DNA from: Eledone cirrhosa
Taxonomy: Eukaryota
Assembly: GCA_964016885.1 (NCBI GenBank)
Contig: OZ024741.1
Span: 3,162,001-3,226,000, forward strand
Length of the DNA stretch: 64,000 nt
Reading direction: 5' to 3'
Part shown: positions 1 to 9,525 of the stretch, piece after piece
Layout: each line of letters starts with the position of its first letter
How positions within the stretch are numbered: position 1 is the stretch's first letter
Made by a program: the position numbers and the translations under genes
The notes under the pieces: model-generated
Told to the model about the DNA's origin: nothing
Databases searched by the model: none
The model's input: the letters and a program-made list of their open reading frames with translations, nothing else

Positions 1-1929
1 GATTTGGAATGGCTCCGATAGGTAGCCATTCACCTTGACTGCCGAGCAGATGATGGTATGCATGGCAGCGATCCAGCCTCTTAAAACGAGACCGAAGCTG
101 GCCGCCTTGAGAACTGCTTCCAAGTATTGAAGGTCGAACCTATCAAATGTATTAGACTGATCTAAATTGATCAGAGCCCCACGGAGGCCAGGTTTACACC
201 CAACTCTCTCTATGATGTATTCCATGAGGTGAAGGTTGTCGTGTATGGACCTAGTCGGGATTGCACACGTTTGCACTTCCCCTACCAGGTTCTCGACGAC
301 AAGTGCTAGCCTCGTTGGTAACACCTTGGCCAAAATCTTTAACTCTGTGTTGAGCAGTGTTATGGGCTTGAAATTGCTTATCTCATCCCCTTTGTTCTCA
401 TCTTTCTTGATCAGCGTTACTACGCCTCTGCCTACAGAACTGGGAATCCTCCCGTCCTGTTGCCAGTTGCAGTAGACCGCTTCGAGGACACCAGAGAACA
501 AGTCTGGCATGCTTATGTAAAACTCATAGGGTAGACCATCTAAACCGGGTGATTTGCGTTTCCCACAGCGGGCTAGGACACCTATTTCGCCTGCTGTGAT
601 CGGCCTTTCGCAGCTCTCTACATCCGTGCTCGAGAGTCGTGGTAGGCCGTCGAGGTAGGAACTGAAGTCCATCACCTCGCTCGGCGTACCGCTCTGCCCG
701 AACAGTTGCGCAAAATGCTGCTGGAAGATCGTGCACATCTGCTTGGATTCAAGTAGAATGCGTCCATCTTTGTCTTGCAAAGACAGAATTGTGTATTTGT
801 TGCTACTTTTCGCCTCTGCCACTCGGGCCCAGCTAACAGCTTTGGCTCCCTCGTTTCTTAGAGCACGTGTTCTACTTCTGACAATACAACCTTCGTGTTT
901 CACGTTGAAGAACTGGTCTAATGCCGTTCTCGCCACTAGCATGTCAGCTGTACTGCCATTCCTAAGTGCCTCTTCTACTTTGACTACCAGTTCCTTTTCA
1001 GTTTTTTTTTCCTAAAGCTACTTCGTTGCTAAATGCTATCGATTCTACTGTAATTGCTCTCTTGAGAGAGCTCCACCACCTGTTGTTGACGATGGCTCCC
1101 GTCAACTGGCTCTTAACTAAGGTTCTAATCCGTTTACTGTAGGCCTTACGCGCCGGGAGCGGCATGTTTAGCTTCCAGTATCCGGGTCCCTATCTATGTG
1201 TTCTGTCAAGGTTGACTATGCAGGTGTCTAATTTGTGGTCTGAATAGGCAACCATGTGCATTTGTGGACAGCTTAATGTTTCCTTATCATTCTGTCTAAT
1301 TAGAAATCTATCTAAATACGATCTAGAAGACACTGTGTGGTTGCTCCACGTCCACAGTGGTGCACTTGGGAAGTCTAGTCGATATCTATCAGCCAGTTGG
1401 AATTGGCTGATGAGATTTTTGAAGCTATTACACCCCCCCCCCCCACACACACACACACTTTATTATCACAAGCTCCTACATAGCCACAACGTGCGTCTAA
1501 GATGCCATTCAAGTCCCCCTCTAACACTAAGGAGCGAGATGTTCCCAGGAATGGCTCCAGACGCTTGAAGAACTCTGGTCGAGATGTCCCAATCGTAGCA
1601 TATACGGCCACCAGTCTGAAAGCTCCACCTTCACTACCATTCACATCCAGGACCACCAAGCTGCCCTCCAGGTCCAAGTGAGTCGTCTGTACTTTGAGAT
1701 CCAGGTTTTTTCGAAACAAAACAGCAAGTCCCCCTCCACCTCCTGGCTGACAGAGAGATGCGTAGATCTCAAAATCATCGAACATGGGGGTTAGCTGCTG
1801 CTTGTCGTGAATCCTGGACTCGGCTATCACATCTATACGGTGCGATCTGAGATCATTTAAAAGCTGTCCCTGTTTCCAGGGAATGCCCAGGCAACGTACA
1901 TTCAAACATCAAATTTCTATAGTCACCAT
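1..1929 (-). pseudogene. Disrupted ORF2 (APE endonuclease + reverse transcriptase) of Tx1 copy A
   Basis: ATG at 1929 reads M-V-T-I-E-I-stop-C-L-N-V-R. There is an in-frame stop and several frameshifts, including one at the C-run/(CA)n at 1432-1457. ORF-track pieces 1375..1905 and 1190..1456. Confidence 0.88.
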
Positions 1930-2329
1930 GTTGGTGAAGAAGAGTTAGGGAGAGAAAATGCAGGAACACTTACCTTTTCGTTTCCTAGAGGTCGGATTGT
2001 TCGATCTCCATGTTCAGATTGGGGGTGTTTGGGGAGAGAGGGAATCATTTTAGCAGGACGCGGTTAAGGGGTTTTGGGCAGGGGGGGGGGCACATCACGT
2101 GGGAAGTGCCCTTTTAATGTTTCGTACTGTAGGGCTGTTACCCTGATTAGTTTAAGGTTTGGGGGTGGGTCATTGGTGGGGAAGGTTTTCCCTTCCGTTT
2201 GGGTTGTGGGGTCCTGTCGGACAGTTTCCACCAGTTCTTTGTTTGTTGTTTTTATGTATGTGTAATGTGTTTTTTTTTATGTGTACTGTTTCTGTTTGTA
2301 GTTTGCATTTTGTGGTTGGGGTTTTTGAT
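1..2329 (-). mobile_element. Tx1/L1-clade non-LTR retrotransposon, degenerate copy A (ORF1 C-terminal remnant plus ORF2 endonuclease and N-terminal RT; continues off the window edge)
   Basis: Minus-strand fragments contain APE-endonuclease motifs (CLNVRCLG, GDLNG, SYLDRFL, YSDHKL) and RT region sequence that aligns by eye with copies B and C. The Thr/Pro/Asn-rich ORF1 tail at 1930-2329 parallels 15340-15700 of copy B. Confidence 0.9.
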
Positions 2330-2460
2330 TGTAACCCAGCACAACCTGTAGTAGAATGTACATCTATTAGAGAGTGGGGTCCTAACTCTATCATTTGTAC
2401 ACTCTACTATGCAAGTGTCGAGTACTCTGCTGAACAATCGTCTTACTAGTTATACTGGTA
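2330..2460 (+). mobile_element. Short interspersed repeat fragment of unknown family (inverted homolog of 3281-3353)
   Basis: 2330-2400 (tgtaacccagcacaacctgtagtag...tttgtaca) is a diverged reverse complement of 3281-3353. It truncates Tx1 copy A. Confidence 0.55.
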
Positions 2461-2472
2461 AAATTTATATCA

Positions 2473-2499
2473 TATATATATATATATATGTATGTATGT

Positions 2500-2557
<58 letters not shown>
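2473..2557. repeat. (TA)n microsatellite
   Basis: Direct reading of the sequence. Confidence 0.95.
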
Positions 2558-2563
<6 letters not shown>

Positions 2564-2621
2564 AAATATATAAAAAATAAAATAAAATAAAATAGCATAT
2601 ATTTTGACTAGCTCTGACAGT

Positions 2622-2701
2622 TTGGCAGGTGAACAGTGAGCTGTACTGATGAAGGGTGATACCCAGAAACATTAGTGTCTGCAGTTCTGTTCACATGCCA
2701 A
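2622..2701 (+). ncRNA. Type I hammerhead ribozyme candidate (Penelope-like/retrozyme type)
   Basis: Core CTGATGA at 2646-2652, stem II GGGT-gat-ACCC, GAAA at 2666-2669, stem III ACA-ttag-TGT, cleavage triplet GTC at 2677-2679. Long stem I: agctgta/tgcagtt, gtgaacag/ctgttcac and ttggca/tgccaa. Confidence 0.75.
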
Positions 2702-2839
2702 CACAAGAGCAAGAATGAAGGGTTCATTCTACTGACATGGCTATAAAATTGAGGCTTGTTTGCATAATTGCAAACGAATCGAATGTTATTATTAATATTT
2801 GAAAAACTTAGATTACATTTATATATATATATATATATA

Positions 2840-3086
2840 TAGAATAGAAAACGAAAAATCAGTGATGCATCTTAACTCAATTTATTGTGCGTTACAATTG
2901 TTTCGCCGGCGGACAGCTCGAGACGCGATTATTGTGTGGATCTGTCTGATTCTGGACCCGCAGGTTTGACGGACAGAATCAGACAGATCCATACAATGAT
3001 CGCGTCTCGAGCTGTCCGCCGGGGAAACAATTGTAACACAATAAATTGAGTTCAGATGCATCACTGATTTTTCGTTTTCTATTCTA
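2840..3086. repeat. Imperfect ~115-bp-arm inverted repeat (fold-back element) next to (TA)n
   Basis: 2840-2954 is the reverse complement of 2974-3086 with few mismatches and a 19-nt loop. (TA)n lies on the left. On the right there is ~70 bp of unique extension and then (CA)n(TA)n. Confidence 0.9.
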
Positions 3087-3160
3087 TCATACTCTGCTCT
3101 GTAAAAGCATAGAGTGCTCAACCAGTATACCGCCTATGAAAGCATCTTAGCTACCATCAG

Positions 3161-3194
<34 letters not shown>

Positions 3195-3390
3195 CTTCTT
3201 TATTATGGCTAAGTGATGAGTCTTGTTACTCTGGAGTTTCCATAGTGTATTCTCAGGATCATCAGACATGTATGATCTTGTGTACAAATAATAGAGAGTT
3301 GGGACTCCACTCTCTGATATATGAACGCCTTACTATAGGTTGTGCTGGGTTACATGTTATCAGCAGCGTCGAAGAGCGGCTTGACACACG
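3195..3390 (-). mobile_element. Short retroposon-like element of unknown family
   Basis: Bounded by (TA)n and (CATA)n. It shares ~55 bp at its right end with 7355-7405 and ~75 bp with 2330-2400. The minus strand ends in AATAAAGAAGA before the (TA)n. Confidence 0.5.
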
Positions 3391-3403
3391 TACATACATA
3401 CAT

Positions 3404-3438
<35 letters not shown>

Positions 3439-3486
3439 TACATACATACATACATACATACATACATACATACATACATACATACA
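3391..3486. repeat. (CATA)n/(CAGA)n microsatellite, 5' flank of the R4-like LINE
   Basis: Direct reading of the sequence. Confidence 0.95.
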
Positions 3487-6400
3487 AAAACTTGTGGGCA
3501 CCCTACAAGTGATATGGAACGATATGTTTCAAGAGATACACAGCCTTAATGTGAGTGACAGACCATACAACACTAGAGTCAGTAAAGAACCCACTAAATT
3601 GGAATTGGAAGCGGTGAACGAAATAGCTGGCAATTATCTGAAGGCTATACGATCTAAAGGTGTAGAAACGACATTTGAAACGCTCAATGTTTTGTTATAT
3701 GTTTCAGCTGTCACATTGCTATCATATAACACACATCTAAAACCACGCAATCAAGATACAAACAGAAAGCCTGAACCAGCGTGGATGCGAAATTTAAAAA
3801 CCAAAATTTTGTCCCTGAGACGAAGTATCTCACACATCGCAGTCGTTATGAAATGCAACATAGAGAGAAACTTCACACGACACCAGGAAGACCTAAAGAA
3901 AAAGTTAGAGAGACGATTTGGAGATACCAAATTTAAAACTTTGAACTCCAAATTACACCAGTTGAAACAACAACTCACAGCTACAACAGAAAGACTAAAA
4001 TATAAGTCAACAGCCCATAAACGACAAGTGCTAAATAGATTGTTTGCCAGAGATCCTAAATCAGTTTATCGCAGCTTCGGTGGCAAAAGCTCAATCCCTG
4101 TAAACGACACCCCTTCAAAAGAACAGGTTGAGAACTACTGGAGATCTGTATGGGAAACGGATGACGGATTCAACAGACAAGCTAATTGGCTAAAACAACT
4201 GGAACAGGACTACTGCCAACATGTCCAGACAAAACAATATGACATAGATGGGTCAATACTGGAAACAGCTCTACAGAAAATGTCGAATAGGAAATCGCCA
4301 GGCCCAGACCTCATTACAGGATACTGGTTGAAGAATTTCACTTTCTATCGGCAAGATCTCATACGGCTGTTTACAGAAACCATTAAGGGCACACAAGAAC
4401 TGCCCAGATGGTTATCAACTGCCACTACTCTCCTCATTCCCAAAAATAGCCAAACCACCCTTGCTAAAAATTACCGCCCAATTGCCTGCCAAAACATCAT
4501 GTATAAATTATATACTGGGTGCCTTAACCTGTTCTTACAGGATCACTGTGCTACCAACAACATCATAACACCTGAGCAAGCTGGTGGAAAGAGGGAGGTG
4601 TGGGGTTGCATAGATCACCTACTAACTAACAAAATGATTCAGGAAAAAACAACAAAGAATCGCAGAAACATGACTGTCGTGTGGCTGGACAATCAAAAAG
4701 CATTTGATAGTGTACCTCATGGGTGGATTATTAAGGCTTTACAGTTAGCTAAAGTCCCACAACCATTAGTAGCTGCTGTTGAACGCCTGACCAAGAACTG
4801 GTACACCAATTTGATCCTTAGAGGTGAGAAGGAGCAGGTTAAGACTGATAGGATACATTACCAGAAGGGCATCTTTCAGGGTGATAGCTTGTCAGTACTA
4901 CTCTTCGTTCTCTCACTGAATCCACTATCTTACCTACTCAGGAAACAAGGTGGACAAAGAAGTGGGCCCAGAAGTATCTCCCATCTTTTCTTTGTTGATG
5001 ACCTGAAGTTGTATGGGCCAAATATCAATGACATCAAGAAACAATTGGACCTCATTACACAATTTTCAACCGACATCAAAATGAAATTTGGTGAGTCCAA
5101 GTGTGCATATTTGGCAGTAAAACGTGGAAGAGCTGTGCCCTCCTCTAGAAATCTAGATATGAACGGCCTGACAATACAACCTCTGCAGTCAGGTGACAAC
5201 TACAGATATCTTGGACAGGATGAGAATGTCAGATATGATGGACCCATAAATAAGGAGAGAACCAGAACTGAATACCTCAGAAGAGTAAAAAAAATATGGT
5301 CATCAGAACTGTCAGCATACAACAAATACATTGCCCACAATACCTATGCTGTGCCAATTATAACGCCAACATTTGGCCTACTGAACTGGTCATTGCAAGA
5401 ACTAAGTGAGATGGATGTTAGAACTCGTAAACTTCTCAGTGTTACTGGGAACTTTAACATCAATGGTGATGTGGATAGGCTATACTTCTCACGCAAGGAA
5501 GGTGGCCGGGGTCTAAAATCAATATTAACAACATATGAGACCCGGATAGTAACACTGAAGCAACACCTTCAACAGAGGAAAAAGGTTGGCGACCATCTTG
5601 CTCAGGTTTATGAGCATGAAAAAAGAAATATCATTAGAATAGCGACTGATCTGGAGGAGAGATATGGAATAAAGCCTGATATAAATCTCTCACCCAGAGA
5701 AATCGGAAGATCCTATTCAATGTTCAAACAAGAAAAAAAAATTGACCAATTTACAGAGAAAGTTGTGCATGGATACTTGAGGCGTAAAACACAGACCATA
5801 GAGGGGATAAACCACTCAAAAAGCCTGGCATGGAGTTCCGACAAGTTTATGACATCACACCTTGAGGGATATCTCTATGCAATACAGGAACAAGAACTCC
5901 CTACCAAATATCTGCTGCACAAAAGAGGAGGGCCAGCAGCTGACAATAAATGTAGGCTATGTAAAACAAAGATCGAGGATGTAAGCCACATTGTTGCCAG
6001 CTGCGAAAGAATGTCATCTCGCTACTACCTCCCCATGAGACACGATGGGATAGCTAGAACTATCTGGAACGCACTTCGGAAAACAAAATTAACAACAAAC
6101 GAGGAAGAATATATTGAGACAGATGGCACTAAGGAATACTGGTGGAACCTGAAAATAAAAACTGCCACCAAATTAAAGCACAACCGGCCTGATATTGTAG
6201 TTTGGGACAACACATTGAAAACGTGTTCTGTTGTGGAGATCAGCTGCCCACTTGATGTAAACGTTGTCAGAAAAATACAGGAGAAGGAGGACATCTACGG
6301 ACCATTGATGAGGAGCTTACAAATCCAGTATCCAAGATACACCTTTAGCTTCATACCCATCATTATTGGTGCTACGGGTTATATACCAACCCGCTTGGAC

Positions 6401-6604
6401 CAAAGTATGACCGAACTTGGATTTGCGGACAAAAAGCGCAGCTCCCTAATTCATAGTCTACAAATGGCTGCGATAGCTGGCACCTTCAAAATATGCAAAA
6501 CATTCTTGCGATTCAAGGGATGACAATTTCTTTTCTTTTACAACCTTGCCACCAGGAAGGTGGCCGGTCAAAAAAATATACTCGAAATTAAGAGAAAGAG
6601 AAAA
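3487..6604 (+). mobile_element. R4/Dong-type non-LTR retrotransposon with restriction-like endonuclease (RLE), 5'-truncated
   Basis: Single long ORF with RT and a C-terminal CCHC + RLE domain, ~80-nt 3'UTR ending gagaaaagagaaaa. (CATA)n/(CAGA)n flanks both ends. Confidence 0.88.
3488..6523 (+). CDS. RT + CCHC zinc finger + RLE polyprotein, uninterrupted ~1011 codons (first 81 aa of the 3245..6523 ORF call are flank/microsatellite)
   Basis: KSPGPDLITGYWLK, YRPIACQN, WLDNQKAFDSVPH, GIFQGDSLS, LFFVDDLKLY, YRYLG, RLYFSRKEGGRGL, CRLCKTKIEDVSHIVASC, RHD, RPDIVVWD..VVEISCP..K..Y. Confidence 0.9.
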   Translation, partial: KLVGTLQVIWNDMFQEIHSLNVSDRPYNTRVSKEPTKLELEAVNEIAGNYLKAIRSKGVETTFETLNVLLYVSAVTLLSYNTHLKPRNQDTNRKPEPAWMRNLKTKILSLRRSISHIAVVMKCNIERNFTRHQEDLKKKLERRFGDTKFKTLNSKLHQLKQQLTATTERLKYKSTAHKRQVLNRLFARDPKSVYRSFGGKSSIPVNDTPSKEQVENYWRSVWETDDGFNRQANWLKQLEQDYCQHVQTKQYDIDGSILETALQKMSNRKSPGPDLITGYWLKNFTFYRQDLIRLFTETIKGTQELPRWLSTATTLLIPKNSQTTLAKNYRPIACQNIMYKLYTGCLNLFLQDHCATNNIITPEQAGGKREVWGCIDHLLTNKMIQEKTTKNRRNMTVVWLDNQKAFDSVPHGWIIKALQLAKVPQPLVAAVERLTKNWYTNLILRGEKEQVKTDRIHYQKGIFQGDSLSVLLFVLSLNPLSYLLRKQGGQRSGPRSISHLFFVDDLKLYGPNINDIKKQLDLITQFSTDIKMKFGESKCAYLAVKRGRAVPSSRNLDMNGLTIQPLQSGDNYRYLGQDENVRYDGPINKERTRTEYLRRVKKIWSSELSAYNKYIAHNTYAVPIITPTFGLLNWSLQELSEMDVRTRKLLSVTGNFNINGDVDRLYFSRKEGGRGLKSILTTYETRIVTLKQHLQQRKKVGDHLAQVYEHEKRNIIRIATDLEERYGIKPDINLSPREIGRSYSMFKQEKKIDQFTEKVVHGYLRRKTQTIEGINHSKSLAWSSDKFMTSHLEGYLYAIQEQELPTKYLLHKRGGPAADNKCRLCKTKIEDVSHIVASCERMSSRYYLPMRHDGIARTIWNALRKTKLTTNEEEYIETDGTKEYWWNLKIKTATKLKHNRPDIVVWDNTLKTCSVVEISCPLDVNVVRKIQEKEDIYGPLMRSLQIQYPRYTFSFIPIIIGATGYIPTRLDQSMTELGFADKKRSSLIHSLQMAAIAGTFKICKTFLRFKG

Positions 6605-6650
6605 CATACATACAGACAGACAGACATACATATATACATACATACATACA

Positions 6651-6726
<76 letters not shown>

Positions 6727-6754
6727 TGCATACATACATACATACATACATACA

Positions 6755-6784
<30 letters not shown>
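6605..6784. repeat. (CATA)n/(CAGA)n microsatellite, 3' flank of the R4-like LINE and tail of the adjacent RTE-derived element
   Basis: Direct reading of the sequence. Confidence 0.95.
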
Positions 6785-6785
<1 letters not shown>

Positions 6786-7134
6786 GATTGCTGCCCCCTC
6801 GTTATCGAGTATGGCCATTGCACGATATAACATTATTAATAATTATTAATTAATTCTATCGTGCAATGCCTTTGCATGAAGATTTTTTTTAAGTGGGGAA
6901 AGACTGTGCACTGAGCCAATCCCACTCTCTGAGAGACAGTAGCTATAACCCGAAAAGAAGAAAATATCAACATCATCGATAACTACTGAGCCGCAGGTTT
7001 TATATCGGAGTTATCCCAGTTTCCTGAGTTGCCTTATCATAGAAGAATTCCCTGACAAAGGCTAGGGGTCCTTCACTCCTAGTGGTTTAACAGTGCGATC
7101 GGGTGTCCAGCCCGACTATTTCTACGGCCCCGCG
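6785..7134 (-). mobile_element. RTE-derived non-autonomous (bipartite) retroposon
   Basis: ~310 bp of this stretch is an inverted homolog of 10127-10437. The 3' end tggccatactcgataacgag is followed by a (TATG)n tail on the minus strand. Confidence 0.7.
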
Positions 7135-7219
7135 CATATACATACACATGCATATACATATATATACACATATACATATACATACATGTGTACATGTGTA
7201 TATACATATTTACACACAT

Positions 7220-7405
7220 TCGGATGGCCGTTGACTCTTATGAGTTCTTTGTCAGGTTTTGTTTTTTGTCCTGCAGGGTGTCCAAAATCACGCTCCTCAC
7301 CAAGTAAACTTGGTGGGGTTGCCGGTTTAATCGCCGACGACCCGACCATGCGACAGGTTGTACTGGGTTACATGTTACCAGTAGCACTCAAGAGTGACCC
7401 GACAT
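7220..7405 (-). mobile_element. Interspersed repeat fragment sharing a head motif with 3195-3390 (possible retroposon 5' region)
   Basis: ggttgtactgggttacatgttaccagtagc...aagag...gaca aligns with 3338-3386. Flanked by microsatellite-like sequence. Confidence 0.45.
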
Positions 7406-7661
7406 GTATATATATATACTTACATACAAACAGACAAACAGGCAGACATACAAACAGACAGGCAGGCAGACATGTCCTTCCCAGAGGTATAAAACAGTGC
7501 GAAAGCGAAACTAAATATTATTCATTTGGACATTGAAATAGTGTCATGTTCTTGAATTTGGTGAGACCTTATAATCCTTGGTGGGCGATGCCAACCACAT
7601 GTCTGATAAGTGGGCTATCAAGGTCGATATGTCATCCAGTTGGGGCCATTGTATCTGAACA

Positions 7662-7863
7662 TACGAGGGTCAGCTGATAAGTTAATAGGCTGACTATGAA
7701 AGAGTGATGCTAGAGCTGTGAAATCTTGCATGTATTAATTTCAACTCATCTTATTATTAATTACATTGGTTCTTTCTAGTAGCTATGTTGAAAAATAAAC
7801 CACATTTGGTCATTCCATGAGAGTATCTTGGTCAGCATATGAACTTTTCAGCCGACCGTCATA
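7662..7863. mobile_element. Mariner/Tc1-type MITE, ~200 bp
   Basis: Left end tacgagggtcagctgataagtt matches the reverse complement of the right end aacttttcagccgaccgtcata at 18 of 22 positions. TA at both ends and a TACGAGGG terminus typical of mariner elements. Confidence 0.7.
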
Positions 7864-8094
7864 TAATACAGTCTTCCTCATCTCTTTCCTCCAGTTGGTG
7901 TCCATCTTAATCTTTGGTCAGTCTGTGGTAGGATGTGGTCAGTCTGTATTCCGTCACCATTGGTTCTTCACAACGATGTCCATCGACTTCTTTCCTGGTC
8001 TTTAAGATAGTGAAGAGGTCGAAATTGTCGCCGGTCACTTTCAATCTATAATTTGCCATTCAGAAGCCAGAAGCAAAATTTCTAAGTATTGGTG

Positions 8095-8240
8095 GACAAG
8101 TGACGGACACATACTTAGCAGTATATTGGTCTGACTCATTCTGAGTTCAAATCACATCGAAGTCAACTTGACCTTACATCCTTCTGTAATCGATAAAATA
8201 AAGTACCAAACAAGTACTGGAATCAATATAATCGACTTTG
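8095..8240 (+). mobile_element. Degenerate SINE with Nin-like central domain (octopus-type)
   Basis: ttctgagttcaaat..gtcaacttgaccttacatccttc..tcgataaaataaagtacca..tactgg..aatcgac. A homolog lies on the minus strand at 22323-22480. The family assignment is from recall. Confidence 0.65.
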
Positions 8241-8509
8241 TCCTCTTCCCACCACCACCACCACCTAAACATCTCACCACCAACATGAGAAACTTGTCAC
8301 ATTCAATATTTATGTCTTAATTAGAGTTAAGTTCGGTTTAAGGCATCCGTCGATCTTAATTAGATCCTGAAGTCGTGGCCGGCAGAATCAGAAAAGTGGG
8401 CAGGAAAAAAGTATTAACCTTACCTCTTCTTTATAGTACTCTGTCTTATTTTTGCTGGGGTCAATTTGGTCAGTTACCTCCAGATAATCGGTCAATAATG
8501 CAAAAGTTG

Positions 8510-8790
8510 GGAAGAAGTGTGGCTTAGTGTTTAGGTTGTTTGGGTCACAGTCGCAAGATCGTGGGTTCGACACTCGGCTCACGGTGGCACATTGAATGAC
8601 TTGAGCAAGACACTTTATTTCACGTTGCTCCAGTCCACTGTGTCCTTGAGCAAGACACTTTATTTCTCGTTGCTCCAGTCCACTGTGTCCTTGAGCAAGA
8701 CACTTTATTTCTCGTTGCTCCAGAACACTGTGCCCTTGAACAAGACACTTTATTTCACGTTGCTCCAGTCCACTTAGCAGGCAACAATGA
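8510..8790 (+). mobile_element. tRNA-derived SINE with CORE-like domain
   Basis: Box A-like tggcttagtg (8520) and box B-like ggttcgacac (~8564), followed by tgtgtccttgagcaagacactttatttcacgttgctccagtccact. Confidence 0.7.
8596..8773. repeat. 4 x 45-bp tandem repeat inside the SINE
   Basis: ttgagcaagacac starts at 8601, 8646, 8691 and 8736 (last copy ttgaac). Confidence 0.9.
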
Positions 8791-8808
8791 GATATGTACG
8801 AAATACAA

Positions 8809-8935
8809 TGTGTTTATGTTAACATATGTTTATGTTAATGTATGTTTGTGCTAACATATGTTTATGTTAATGTATGTTTATGTTAATGTATGTTTATGTT
8901 AATGTATGTTTATGTTAATATATGTTTATGTATGT
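8809..8935. repeat. 16-bp minisatellite (TATGTTTATGTTAATG)n, ~7-8 copies
   Basis: Direct reading of the sequence. Confidence 0.85.
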
Positions 8936-9525
8936 AAGTTTTAAAGAGTTACAGATGGAGATAGATATAAATATACAAACATACACTGCATGTTATCATA
9001 GTTGATAGAAGTTTACGAAGATGGTACACTTATCTGTAGTTGCTTCATTCCGAATCAGATCAAGCCCATTTTAGTCTTGACTATCACGTTTTTTATTCAC
9101 ACATTCTATTTCAAACTAATACATTATTCCATATGATATTCTATTAAAAAGGGGGGAAAAATTGTATCGCATGATTTAAGAGAGACATGGCTACTATATC
9201 TAGCAGCTTGAGCTACCATGTTGAGGGTCGTTCAACGTGTTGCCAGTTATCGTGTTGTGGGATTATCGACTTGGGGTAGTAAGTTCAACCCCTACAGTGA
9301 GTAGATTCAGTCCCTCTTCAGAGGTTGAACGCTGTGGAAAGATGACATAATCCGCAGATGATCCTCGGATATTCAGAAGTTCTGGATATTTGCTTGATTT
9401 AACAAAGTTCACAGGACGCAAATGTTCACGAATTGACCCGTGTATAATTGACCACGTTTGAAAGGCGTAATCTGTATGTGTGCATGTGTATATGCTTTGT
9501 ATCTGTACATGTGTATATGCAGTTA

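Noticed and set aside
2330-3353. TGT..ACA-bounded LTR or TIR element formed by the inverted pair 2330-2400 / 3281-3353
   Set aside because: The right copy's homology with 7355-7405 continues past the ACA, so it is not a terminus. The pair is better explained as two independent copies of a dispersed repeat.
3245-3487. N-terminal 81 aa of the 1092-aa ORF
   Set aside because: It translates an upstream short repeat and the (CATA)/(CAGA) microsatellite (HTDRQTDRQ..HTYIHTYI). It is read-through into a 5'-truncated element.
8510-8585. tRNA gene
   Set aside because: A and B box-like motifs are present but there is no convincing cloverleaf, and it continues into a SINE body.
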